Source of the DNA: Isurus oxyrinchus
Taxonomy: Eukaryota
DNA: 64,000 nucleotides
Reading direction: 5' to 3'
NCBI GenBank assembly: GCA_026770705.1
Contig: JANJGN010000021.1
Coordinates: forward strand, 97,154,001 to 97,218,000
This document shows, piece after piece, positions 50,269 to 63,521 of this stretch (within the stretch, counting starts at the first letter, position 1; every line of letters begins with the position of its first letter). The position numbers and the translations under genes were made by a program. The notes beneath the pieces are model-generated. The model worked only from the letters and a program-made list of their open reading frames with translations, ran no database searches and was not told where the DNA came from.

Positions 50269-52547
50269 TTGCTTCTTTCTGTTCTTTTGCTGGAATAACT
50301 GGGAGGAATGTTCAAAACTGCAACACCAGTTTGTAATGTGAAAGTGCAATTCATAATTTCAATATAACACCCCACTAGTCTGTCTTTTGTTATCCAGAGT
50401 ACAATCCAACCCCACATCAGATGTATCTGCCTGCCAATTCACTGATTTCTTTCAATTACTTCCTTTATCATTGTCATTTTACTGTGCCTTTGTCTCAACT
50501 AATAATCTATATCACACTGACAACGTTGAGTTAGATTTTCTACCGCCACTTTCCTGCCAGCTCGTTGCCCATTCGCCCCAGTGGACCACCTGTGCTTTGA
50601 AGGCATTGGCTACACATCGATTTTGTGGGTGCATGCAGCCAGATACTGTATAAGCAGGGTGGACATCGAAAAATTCGGACCCGATTGATATCGAAATTTT
50701 CTTATGTATCTTGTCATTCAGTCATTGTTGGAAGTAAAAATTGAAATCCTTGCGAGGAAATACCGCAGCATTCTGGCACAATCTTTGCAAATGAAATCAG
50801 ACTGAACTTTGCCAGTCGAAGACTCCCAGCACTTTCCTGCTTTAATTTCAGACTTAGCGTTTGCCCTTTTGTGCCAAACCTCCTCCCTACAACAGACATC
50901 ATCTAAAGCACAACCTCTGCCACAGTTAACCGGCATAACCCCAAAACTTTTATATCTCTGCACAGCACTGATGAAGGGGCTTAGGGCCTCAGATGTTAAC
51001 TCTATCCTCTCTCGTAACAAATGTTGCCAGTGCGGCTTGGCATTTCTGTTATTTTCACTTTTTACTTCACAATTGCAACATTCGCATTATGTTACCTAAA
51101 CTTATCCCTTGTTTCTATCTGCACAGTAGCTGCTTGATCAGCTCGGCACTTGCAGCATTTATGTTGGCATTGTAGACGTTGGTTTTGGAACGCTTTGTTC
51201 CAATTCACAGAAAATTGTTCTCTTCAAATCCAGAGAAAATTATTCTGTCCGGTTGCAATTCATTTTGTCTCGGACTTATTCCAGACCCTTTTATGCTGGC
51301 ACTGCCAAACCCGATGGACATTGAACCATGTATTCCCCTGTCAAGAAAGCTTTTCAAGGTGAAACTTCAACTTATGCAGCTGTAAATGTCACTTTAAAAT
51401 ACGAGCAAACCGATGGCGCTACCAGCGTGTTGCATGAAACCTCCGATTTCCTTCTATTCCACGTGTTGTTTGGTATCATCGCGGTGACAGGGGAGCAGAT
51501 CTTTTTAATTAGTGTGCAAGAACTTGATTTCAATGACAATGTGCAACGATTGTTACTATGGCCTGTGAACAAACTGATGAAGGAGCCGATGTTAAACTAG
51601 GTGCCCAGCAGTGGCGAGAAAGTACTATATTCAAGGTTTTGCCCTTTTGTAAGTCCAACAACGGAACAACGGAAAAGAAGTCACCTTCCAAAAAAATATG
51701 TATACATATATTTCACTTTAGAAACTGCAATGCAATTTTATTCCATTTTGCGTAATAGAATGAGCTCCTTTGTAAAGCTATTTCCCTGAAACTGGCAGTG
51801 AGGAAGAATCAATGGGGAGCAGACTTGCACAAACACGAGATACATGTCGGAATCTCATATGCATTCAACAACTTGACATTACAGAGAGCCGGGAGGAGAG
51901 CTCTGTAGTTACTAAATCAGTTGAAGTGGGCTATCTTTCTTGTCAACCACAGCAATCTTCAATGTGAGAGCCTATTGGCCTGGAGGGTGCGCCTCCATAA
52001 CTTTTTACTTCATATCAGGGATAAGTCCTACGCTGATTCCTGGTAAAACATTGTTTTGCTTTGTGGCAGCAGCAACATCCGTTCTCAGGTAATTTCATAA
52101 CCCTGATGGATTAGTTCAGTTTTCATATCGAAATCTGCTGTTAGACATCCTGCACACCTGTAACATTTACACTTTCCATTCCTGCTTTAGAGCATGTGCA
52201 GTGTTTTCGTTTTGTGAGCATGATGCTGGAGGATATCTTACAATGATATTTTAGAAATGCCGACTCTAATTTCGGACCGGTGGACTTTGAAAAGCTGTAT
52301 TATTAACTAAATGGAGACTGCCAAGCACCACGAAGACAAACGTTTGGAATATTTTTTCGTTTCCTTCTTTCAATGCAATGCCTTGAATTTGCAGCCAAAG
52401 AACAGGAAATTTTGGAAGCTTGGATGCTCAATTCACTTTTCTGCGTGAGGCTTGCCGCGCAATCGAGCACTTTTTTCGAAGTGTTTGGTGGTGAAAATGT
52501 GCTACCAGCCTGCAGCTTGGTGGTCCATGCCAGCAGCGATGGGTGGC

Positions 52548-52619
52548 ACCATGATCGTTTAGTGGTTAGTACTCTGCGTTGTGGCCGCAGTAACCTCCGT
52601 TCGAATCCGAGTCACGGCA
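52548..52619 (+). pseudogene. tRNA-His pseudogene copy 22
   Basis: G1A, G4A, A12T and G52C break the acceptor, D and T stems. Confidence 0.85.
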
Positions 52620-54896
52620 TTGCTTCTTTCTGTTCTTTTGCTGGAATAACAGGGAGGAATGTTCAAAATTGCAACACCAGTTTGTAATGTGAAAGTGCAA
52701 TTCATAATTTCAATATAACACCCCACTAATCTGTCTTTTGTTCTCGAGATTTCAATCCAACAACAAATCAGATGTATCCCCGTGCCCAATTCACTGGTTT
52801 CTTTCAATAACTTCCTTTTTCATTGTCATTTTACTGTGGCATTGTCTCAACTAATACTCTCTATCAAACTGACAATGTTGAGTTAGATTTTCTACCGCCG
52901 CTTTCCTGCCAGCTCGTTGCCCATTCGCCCCAGTGGTCCACCTGTGCTTTGAAAGCATTGGCTACACATCGATTTTCTGGGTGCATGCAGCCAGATACTG
53001 TATAAGCAGGGTCGACATCGAAAAATTCGGACCCGATTGCTATCGAAATTTTCTTATGTTTCTTGTCATTCAGTCATTTTTGGAAATAAAAATTGACATC
53101 CTTGCGAGGAAATACAGCAGCATTCTGGCACAATCTTTGGAAATGAAATCAGACTGAACTTTGCCTGACTAAGACTCCCAGCACTTTCCTGCTTTAATTT
53201 CAGACTTAACGTTTGTCCTGTTGTGCCAAACCTCCGACCTACGACAGACATCATCAAAAGCCCCACCTCTGCCACAGTTAACCAGAATAAGCCCCTTACA
53301 TTTCTATCTCTGTGCAGCACTGATGAAGAGTCTTAGGGCGTCAGATGTTAACTCCATCCACACTCGTAACAAATGTTGCCAGTGCGGCTCGGCATTTCTG
53401 TTATTTTCACTTTTAACTTCACAATTGCACCATTCGCATTATGTTAGCGAACTTACCCATTGTTTCTATCTGCACAGTAGCTGCTTGATCAGCTCGGCTC
53501 CTGCAGCATTTATGTTGGCATTGGAGACGTTGGTTTTGGAACGCTTTGTTCCAATTCACAGAAAATTGTTCTCTTCAAATCCAGAGAAAATTATTCTGTT
53601 CGGTTGCACTTCATTTTGTCTCGGAGTTATTCCACTCCCTTTTATGCTGGCACTGCCAAACCCAGTGGACATTCAACATGTATTCCCCTGTCAAGAATGC
53701 TTTTCAAGGTGAAACTTCAACTTATGCAGCCATTGCTGTCACTTTAAAATACGCGCAGACTGATGGCGCTACCAGCGTGTTGCATGAAACCTGCGATTTC
53801 CTTCTCTTCCACGTGTTGTTTGGTATCATCGCGGTGACAGGGAAACAGATCTTTTCAATTAGTGTGCAAGAACTTGATTTCAAAGACAATGTGCAACGAT
53901 TGTTACTATGGCCTGTCAACAAACTTATGAAGGAGCCGATGTTAAACCAGGTGCCCAAAAGTGGCGAAAAAGTACTATATTCAAGGCTGTGCACTTTTGT
54001 AACTCCAACAAGGGAACAACGGAAAAGAAGTCACCTTTCAAAAAAATAAGTTTAAATATATGTCACTTGAGAAACTGCAATGCACTTTTATTCCATTTTG
54101 CGTAATAGAATGAGCTGCTTTGTAAAGCTATTTCCCTGAAACTGGCAATGAGGAAGAATCAATGGGGAGCAGACTTGCACAAACACGAGATACATGTCGG
54201 AATCTCATATGCATTCAACAACTTGACGTTACAGAGAGCCGGGAGGAGAGCTCTGTAGTTAGTAAATCAGTTGAAGTGGGCTATCTTTCTTGTCAACCAA
54301 AGCAATCTTCAATGTGAGAGCCTATTGGCCTGGAGGGTGCGCTTCCATTACGTTTTACTTCATATCAGGGATAAGTCCTACGCTGATTCCTGGTAAAATA
54401 TTGTTTTGCTTTGTGGCAGCTGCAACATCCGTTCTCAGGTAATTTCATAACCCTGATGCATTAGTTCAGTTTGCATAACGAAATCTGCTGTTAGACTTCC
54501 TGCACACCTGTAACATTTACGCCTTCCATTCCTGCTTTACAGCATGTGCAGTGTTTTCGTTTTGTGAGCATGAAGCTGGAGGATATCTTACAATGATATT
54601 TTAGAAATGCCGACTCTAATTCGGACCGGTGGACTTTGAACAGCTGTATTATTAACTAAATGGAGACTGCCAAGCACCACGAAGACAAACATTTGGAATA
54701 TGTTTTCATTTCCTCCTTTCAATGCAATGCCTGGAATTTGCGGCCAAAGAACAGGAAATTTTGGAAGCTTGGATGCTCAATTCACTCTTCTGCGTGAGGC
54801 TTGCCGTGCGATCGAGCACTTTTTTCGAAGGCTTTGGTGGTGAAAATGTGCTACCAGCCTGCAGCTTGGCGGTCCATGCCAGCAGCGACGGGTGGC

Positions 54897-54968
54897 GTCA
54901 TGATCGTATATTGCTTATTACTCTGCGTTGTGGCCGCAGTAACCTCAACTCGAATCTGAGTCATGGCA
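54897..54968 (+). pseudogene. tRNA-His pseudogene copy 23
   Basis: A box TATTGCTTATT and B box AACTCGAATCT both broken. Confidence 0.9.
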
Positions 54969-57248
54969 TTGTTTCTTTCTGTTCTTTTGCTGGAATAACA
55001 GGGAGGAATGTTCAAAATTGCAACACCAGTTTGTAATGTGAAAGTGCAATTCATAATCTCAATTTAACACCCCACTAGTCTGTCTTTTGTTATCCAGAGT
55101 ACAATCCAACCTCACATCAGATGTATCTGCCTGAACAATTCACTGATTTCTTTCAATAGCTTCCTTTTTCATTGTCATTTTTTCTGTGGCATTGTCTCAA
55201 CTAATACTCTCTATCAAACTGACAATGTTGAGTTAGATTTTCTACCGCCGCTTTCCTGCCAGCTCGTTGCCCATTCGCCCCAGTGGTCCACTTGTGCTTT
55301 GAAAGCATTGGCTACACATCGATTTTCGTGGCTGCAATCAGCCAGATACTGTATGAGCAGGGTCGACATCGAAAAATTCGGACCCGATTGCTATCGAAAT
55401 TTTCTTATGTTTCTTGTCATTCAGTCATTTTTGGAAGTAAAAATTGAAATCCTTGCGAGGAAATACCACAACATTCTGGCACAATCTTTGGAAATGAAAT
55501 CAGACTGAACTTTGCCTGACTAAGACTCCCAGCACTTTCCTGCTTTAATTTCAGACTTAACGTTTGCCCTGTTGTGCCAAACCTCCGACCTACGACAGAC
55601 ATCATCAAAAGCCCCACCTCTGCCACAGTTAACCAGAATAACCCCCTTACATTTCTATCTCTGTGCAGCACTGATGAAGGGTCTTAGGGCGACAGATGTT
55701 AACTCCATCCACACTCGTAACAAATGTTGCCAGTGCGGTTCGGCATTTCTGTTATTTTCACTTTGGACTTCACATTTGCACCATTCGCATTATGTTAGCT
55801 AAACTTACCCTTTGTTTCTATCTGCACAGTAGCTGCTTGATTAGCTCAGCACTTGCAGCATTTATGTTGGCATTTGAGACGTTAGTTTTGGAACGCTTTG
55901 TGCCAATTCACAGAAAATTGTCCTCTTCAAATCCAGAGAACATTACTCTGTTCGGTTGCAATTCATTTTGTCTCGGAGTTATTCCACACCCTTTTATGCT
56001 GGCACTGCCAAACCCGTTGGACATTCAACATGTATTCCCCTGTCAAGATTGCTTTTCAAGGTGAAACTTCAACTTATGCAGCTGTAATTGTCACTTTAAA
56101 ATACGTGCAAAATGATGGCGCTACCAGCGTGTCGCATAAAACCAGCGATTTCCTTCTCCTCCACGTGTTGTTTGGTATCATCACGGTGACAGGGGAACAG
56201 ATCTTTTCAATTAGTGTGCAAGAACTTGATTTCAATGACAACGTGCAACGATTGTTACTATGGCCTGTGAACAAACTGATGAAGGAACCAATGTTAAACT
56301 AGGTGCCCAGAAGTGGTGAAAAAGTACTATATTCAAGGTTGTGCCCTTTTGTAACTCCAATGTGGGAACAACGGAATAGAAGTCACCTTCCAAAAAAATA
56401 TGTATACATATATTTCACTTTAGAAACTGCAATGCACTTTTATTCCATTTTGCGTAATAGAATGAGCTGCTTTGTAAAGCTATTTCCCTGAAACTGCCAG
56501 TAAAGAAGAATCAATGGGGAGCAGACTTGCACAAACACGAGATACATGTCGGAATCTCATATGCATTCAACAAATTGACCTTACAGAGAGCCGGGAGGAG
56601 AGCTCTGTAGTTAGTAAATCAGTTGAAGTGGGCTATCTTTCTTGTCAACCAAAGCAATCTTCAATGTGAGAGCCTATTGTCCTGGAGGGTGCGCTTCCAT
56701 AACTTTTTACTTCATATCAGGGATAGGTCCTACGCTGATTCCTGGTAAAACATTGTTTTGCTTTGTGGCAGCAGCAACATCCGTTCTCAGGTAATTTCAT
56801 AACCCTGGTGCATTAGTTCAGTTTTCATATCGAAATCTGCTGTTAGACTTCCTGCACACCTGTAACATTTACACCTTCCATTTTTGCTTTACAGCATGTA
56901 CAGTGTTTTCGTTTTATGAGCATTAAGCTGGAGGATATCTTACAATGATATTTTAGAAATGCCGACTCTAATTCGGACCGGTGGACTTTGAGCAGCTGTA
57001 TTATTAACTAAATGGAGACTGCCAAGCAGCACGAAGACAAGCGTTTGGAATATGTTTTCAATTCCTCCTTTCAATGCAATGCCTTGAATTTGTGGCCAAA
57101 GAACTGGAAATTTTGGAAGCTTGGATGCTCAATTCACTTTTCTGTGTGAGGCTTGCCGTGAGATCGAGCACTTTTTTCAAAGTCTTTGGTGGTGAAAATG
57201 TGCTACCAGCCTGCATCTTGGCGGTCCATGCCAGCTGCGACTGGTGGC

Positions 57249-57320
57249 GCCATGATCGTATAGTGGTTAGCACCATGCGTTGTGGCCGCAGTAACCTCGG
57301 TTCGATTCCGAGTCATGGCA
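57249..57320 (+). pseudogene. tRNA-His copy 24, probable pseudogene
   Basis: A4-U69 pair but T23C and C27A mismatches; terminator TATT. Confidence 0.7.
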
Positions 57321-59626
57321 TTGCTTCTTTCTGTTCTATTGCTGGAATAACAGGGAGGAATATTCATAATTGCAACACCAGTTTGTAATGTGAAAGTGCA
57401 ATTCATAATTTCAATATAACTCCCCACTAGTCTGCCTTTTGTTATCCAGAGTACAAGCCAACCCCACATCAGATGTATCTGCCTGTCCAATTCACTGATT
57501 TCTTTCAATTACTTCCTTTTTCATTGTCATTTTACTGTGGCATTGTCTCAACTATACTCTCTATCACACTGACAACGTTGAGTTAGATTTTCTACCGCCG
57601 CTTTCCTGCCAGCTAGCTGCCCATTCGCCCCAGTGGTCCACCTGTCCTTTGAAAGCACTGGCTACACATCGATCTTTGTGGCTGCACGGAGCCAGGCACT
57701 ATCTAAGCAGGGTTGAAATTGAAAAAGACCGACCAGATTGATCTCGAAATTTTCTTACGAGTCTTGTCATTCAGTCAGTGTTGGAAGTAAACATTGAAAT
57801 CCTTGGGAGAGAAAACCATAGCATTCTGGCAGCATCTGTAGAAAGAAAATCAGACTGAACTATGCCAGTCTAAGCCTCCCAGCGCATTCCTGCTTTAATT
57901 TCAGGCTTAACGTTTGCTCTCTTGCACCAACTCTCTGCCCTGCAACCGCATCATCACACGCACCACCTCCGCCATTGTTAAACAGAATAAACGCCTTACA
58001 TTTCCACCTGTCCTCAGCAATGATGAATAGTCTTAGGGGCTCAGATGTTAACTCTATCCTCTCTCGTAACAAATGTTGCCCATGCTGCTGGGCATTTCTG
58101 TTATTTTCAGTTTTTAATTCACAATAGCAGCATTCGCATTATTTTATCTCAGCTTAACCATGGTTTCTGTCTTCACAGTAGCTTCTTGATCAGCTCAGCA
58201 CTTGCAGCATTTATGTTGTCATTGGAGACGTTGGTTCTGGAAAGCTTTGCTGTATTCACAGAAAATTGTTTTCTTCAAATCCAGAGAAAATTATTCTGTT
58301 TGGTTGCACTTCATTTTGTCTCGGAGTGCTTTCTCGCCCTTTTATGCAAGCACTACCAAACCTGGCGACACATTCAACATGTATTCCCCTGTCAAGAAAG
58401 CTTTTCAAGGTGTATCTTCAACTTATGCAGCTGGTAATGTCATTTCAAAATATGTGCGAACAAATCGCGCTACCAGAGTGTTGCATAAAACCTCCGAGTT
58501 CCTTCTCCTGCAAATATTAGTTGATATCATCGTGGCGACAGAGGAACTGATCTTTTCAATCAGTGCACCAGAACTGGATTTCGATGCCAGTGTGCAACGA
58601 TTGTTTCTATGGCCTGTGAACAAGCTGATGAAGGAGCTGATGTTAGACAAGCTGCCCAGAAGTGGAGAAAAAGTAATATATTGAATATTGTGCACTTCTG
58701 TAACTCCAACATGGGAACGACGGAAAAGAAGTCAGCTTCCAAAAATATATGTATATATATATTTCAGTTTAGAATGAGTCAACGTTATACTAATTGCAAT
58801 GCACTTTTGTTCCATTTTACGTAATACAATGAGGTGCTTTGTAAAGCTAATTGCCCGGAATGTAAGTAAAGAAGACAAAGTGGGGAGCAGACTTGCACAA
58901 ACACAAAATACATGTCGGAATCTCATATGCATTAGCCAAATTGACGATACAGAGGGCCGGGAGGAGAGCTCTGTAGTTAGTAAATCAGTTGAAGTGGGCT
59001 ATCTTTCTTGTCAACCAAAGCAATCTTCAATGTGAGAGCCTATTGGCCTGGAGGGTGCGCTTCCATAACTTTTTACTTCATATCAGGGATAGGTCCTACG
59101 CTGATTCCTGGTAAAACATTGTTTTGCTTTGTGGCAGCAGCAACATCCGTTCTCAGGTAATTTCATAACCCTGATGCATTAGGTCAGTTTTCATATCGAA
59201 ATCTGCTGTTAGACTTCCTGCACACCTGTAACATTTACACTTTCCATTTCTGCTTTACAGCATGTGCAGTGTTTTCGTTTTGTGAGCATGAAGCTGGAGG
59301 ATATCTTACCATGTTATTTTAGAAATGACGACTCTAATTCGGACCGGTGGACTTTGAACAGCTGTATTATTAACTAAAGGATCTATCAAATGGACACTGC
59401 CAAGCACCACGAAGACAAACGTTTGGAATGTGTTTTCATTTCCTCCATTCAATGCAATGCTGGGAATTTGCGGGCAAAGAACAGGAAATTTTGGAAGCTT
59501 GGTTGCTCAACTCACTCTTCTGTGAATGGCTTGCCGTGCGACCTAGTGCCTTTTTCGAAGTGTTTGGTGGTTAGGATGTGCTAATAGCCTGCAGCTTTGC
59601 CATTAGAGCCAACAGCAATGAGTGGC

Positions 59627-59698
59627 ACCGTGATTGTATAGTGGTTAGTACACTGCGTTGTGGTCGCAGTAACTTTTGTTCAAATCCGAGTCATGGCA
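59627..59698 (+). pseudogene. tRNA-His pseudogene copy 25 (subfamily B)
   Basis: G1A, C9T, T26A, C38T, T-stem CTCGG to TTTTG, G57A, C69T. Confidence 0.85.
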
Positions 59699-62005
59699 AA
59701 GCTTCTTTCTCGTATTTAGCTGGAGAGACGGGGAGGAAGGTTCAAGTTTGCAGCGTAAGTTTGTAATGTGAAAGCACAATTCATAATTTCAATCTAACAC
59801 CCCACATGTCGGGCTTTTTTATCCAGAATGCAACCCAACCCCACTTCAGATGTATCTCGCTTCCCAATTCACTGATCTCTTCCAATTCCTTCCTGGTTCA
59901 TTCTCATTTTCATACGGTATTGTCTCATGTAATACTCTCTGTCACACTGACAACGCTGATTTAGTTTATCGACCGTCACGTTCCTCCCGGCACGTTGCCC
60001 ATTCGCCCCAGTGGTCCACCTGTGCTTTCAAAGCACTGGCTACACATCGATGTTTGTGGCTGCACGGAGCCAGGCACTATCTAAGCAGGGTCGAAATTGA
60101 AAAAGACCGACCCGATTGCTCTCGAAATTTTCTTACGTGTGTTGTCATTCAGTCAGTGTTGGAAGTAAACATTGAAATCCTTGGGAGAAAAAACCTTAGC
60201 ATTCTGGCAGCATCTGTGCAAAGAAAATCAGACTGAACTTTGCCAGTCTAAGACTCCCAGCGCATTCCTGCTTTAATTTCAGGCATAACGTTTGCTCTCT
60301 TGCGTCAACTCTCTGCTCTGCACCCAATTCATCACACGCACCACCTCCGCCACTGTTAAACAGAATAAACCCCTTACATTTCCACCTGTCCTCAGCAATG
60401 TTGAAGAGTCTTAGGGGCTCAGATTTTAACTCTATGCTCTCTCATAACAAATATTGCCCGTGCTACTGGGCATTTCTGTTATTTTCAGTTTTTAATTCAC
60501 AGTTGCAGCATTCACATTATTTTATCTCAACTTACCCATTGTTTCTGTCTTCACAGTAGCTGCTTGATCAGCTCAGCACTTGCAGCATTTATGTTGTCAT
60601 TGGAGACGTTGGTTCTGGAAAGCTTTGTTCCAATTCACAGAAATTTTTTCTCTTCAAATCCAGAGAAAATTATTTTGTTCAGTGATGCTAGATTTTGTCT
60701 CGGAGTTGTTCCTCTTCCTCTTTTGCGGGTACCGCCAAACCTGGCGACATATTCAACATGTATTCCCCTGTCAAGAAAGCTTTTCAAAGTGGACCTTCAA
60801 CTTATGCAGCTGGTAATTTCAAAATACCCGCAAACCGATGGCACTACCAGAGTGTTGCATAAAACCTCCGAGTTCTTTCTCCAGCAGGTTTTAGTTGGTA
60901 TGATCACGGCGACAGGGGAATGGATCTTTTCAATCCGTGCGCCAGAACTGGACTTCCATGACGATGTGCAACGGTTGTTAAAATGCCCTGTGAACAAACT
61001 GATGAAGGAGCCAATGTTAAACTAGGTGCCCAAAAGTGGCGAAAAAGTAATATATTCAATGTTGTGCACTTTTGTAACTCCAACATGGGAATGACGGAAA
61101 AGAAGTCACCTTCTGAAAATACATATGTATATATATATATTTCAGTTTAGAATGAGTCACTGGTATACTAAATGCAATGCACTTTTGTTCCATTTTACGT
61201 AATAGAATGAGTTGATTTGTAAAGCTAATTCCCCGAAACAATCAGTAAAGAAGAAACAATGGGGAGCAGACTTGCACAAACACGAAATACATGTCGGAAT
61301 CTCATATGCATTCGCCAAATTGACGTTACAGAGAGTCGGCAGGAGAGCTCAGTATTTAGTAAATCAATTGAAGTGGGCTATCTTTCTTGTCAACAAAAGC
61401 ACTCTTCAATGTGAGGGCCTATTGGCCTGGAGCGTGTGCTTCTATAACTTTTTACTTTATATCAGGACTAAGTCCTATGCTGATTCATGGTAAAACATTC
61501 GTTTGCTTTGAGGCACCAAAAGCATGCATTCTCAGGGAATTTCATAACCCTGAAGCATTAATTCAGTTTTCCTTTCCAAATCTGCTGTTAGACTTCCTGT
61601 ACAACAGTAAAATTTACACTTTCCATTTCTGCTTTCCAGCATGTGCAGTGTTTTCGTTTTGTGTGCATGAAGCTGGAGGATATCTTACAATGTTATATTA
61701 GAAAAGCCGACTCTGATTCGGAGCAGTGGACTTTGAACAGCTGTATTATTAACTAAAGGATCTATCAAATGGACACTGCCAAGCACCACGAAGACAAACG
61801 TTTGGAATGTGTTTTCATTTCTTCCATTCAATGCAATGCCTGGAATTTGCGGGCAAAGAACAGGAAATTCTGGAAGCTTGGTTGCTCAACTCACTCTTCT
61901 GTGAATGGCTTGCCGTGCGACCTAGTGCCTTTTTCGAAGTGTTTGGTGGTTAGGATGTGCTAATAGCCTGCAGCTTTGCCATTAGAGCCAACAGCAATGA
62001 GTGGC

Positions 62006-62077
62006 ACCGTGATCATATAGTGGTTAGTACACTGCGTTGTGGTCGCAGTAACTTTTGTTCAAATCCGAGTCATGGCA
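62006..62077 (+). pseudogene. tRNA-His pseudogene copy 26 (subfamily B)
   Basis: Shares copy 25 lesions (except C9T), plus G10A. Confidence 0.85.
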
Positions 62078-63497
62078 AAGCTTCTTTCTCGTATTTAGCT
62101 GGAGAGACGGGGAGGAAGGTTCAAGTTTGCAGCGTAAGTTTGTAATGTAAAAGTACAATTCATAATTTCAATCTAACACCCCACATGTCGGGCTTTTTTA
62201 TCCAGAATTCAACCCAACCGCACTTCAGATGTATCTCGCTTCCCAATTCACTGATCTCTTCCAATTCCTTCCTAGTTCATTCTCATTTTCATACGGTATT
62301 GTCTCATCTAATACTCTCTGTCACACTGACAACGCTGATTTAGTTTTTCCACCGTCACTTTCCTCCCGGCACGTTGCCCATTCGCCCCAGTGGTCCACCT
62401 GTGCTTTCAAAGCACTGGCTACACATCGATGTTTGTGGCTGCACGGAGCCAGGCACTATCTAAGCAGGGTCGAAATTGAAAAAGACCGACCCGATTGCTC
62501 TCGAAGTCTTCTTACGTGTGTTGTCATTCAGTCAGTGTTGGAAGTAAACATTGAAATCCTTGGGAGAAAAAACCTTAGCATTCTGGCAGCATCTGTGCAA
62601 AGAAAATAAGACTGAACTTTGCCAGTCTAAGACTCCCAGCGCATTCCTGCTTTAATTTCAGGCATAACGTTTGCTCTCTTGCGTCAACTCTCTGCTCTGC
62701 ACCCAAGTCATCACACGCACCACCTCCACCACTGTTAAACAGAATAAACCCTTTACATTTCCACCTGTCCTCAGCAATGTTGAAGAGTCTTAGGGGCTCA
62801 GATGTTAACTCTATCCTCTCTCATAACAAATATTGCCCGTGCTACTGGGCATTTCTGTTATTTTCAGTTTTTAATTCACAGTTGCAGCATTCACATTATT
62901 TTATCTCAACTTACCCATTGTTTCTGTCTTCACAGTAGCTGCTTGATCAGCTCAGCACTTGCAGCATTTATGTTGTCATTGGAGACGTTGGTTCTGGAAA
63001 GCTTTGTTCCAATTCACAGAAAATTTTTCTCTTCAAATCCAGAGAAAATTATTTTGTTCAGTGATGCTAGATTTTGTCTCGGAGTTATTCCTCTTCCTTT
63101 TTTGCGGGTACTGCCAAACCTGGCGACACATTCAACATATATTCCCCTGTCAAGAAAGCTTTTCAAAGTGGACCTTCAACTTATGCAGCTGGTAATTTCA
63201 AAATACCCGTAAACTGATGGCACTACCAGAGTGTTGCATAAAACCTCCGAGTTCCTTCTCCGGCAGGTTTTAGTTGGTATGATCGCGACGACAGGGGAAT
63301 GGATCTTTTCAATCCGTGCGCCAGAACTGGATTTCCATGACCGTGTGCAATGGTTGTTAAAATGACCTGTGAACAAACTGATGAAGGAGCCTATGTTAAT
63401 CTAGGTGCCCAAAAGTGGCGAAAAAGTAATATATTCAATGTTGTGCACTTTTGTAACTCCAACATGGGAACGACGGAAAAGAAGTCTCCTTCTGAGA

Positions 63498-63521
63498 ATA
63501 TATATATATATATATATATAT
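63498..63521 (+). repeat. (AT)~12 microsatellite, expanded allele of the short AT tract found in every unit
   Basis: Other units have ATATGTATATATATAT (e.g. ~1249-1264). Confidence 0.85.

Noticed and set aside
58775-58781. AP-1-like TGAGTCA in the B-specific segment
   Set aside because: A 7-mer is expected by chance and there is no supporting Pol II context.
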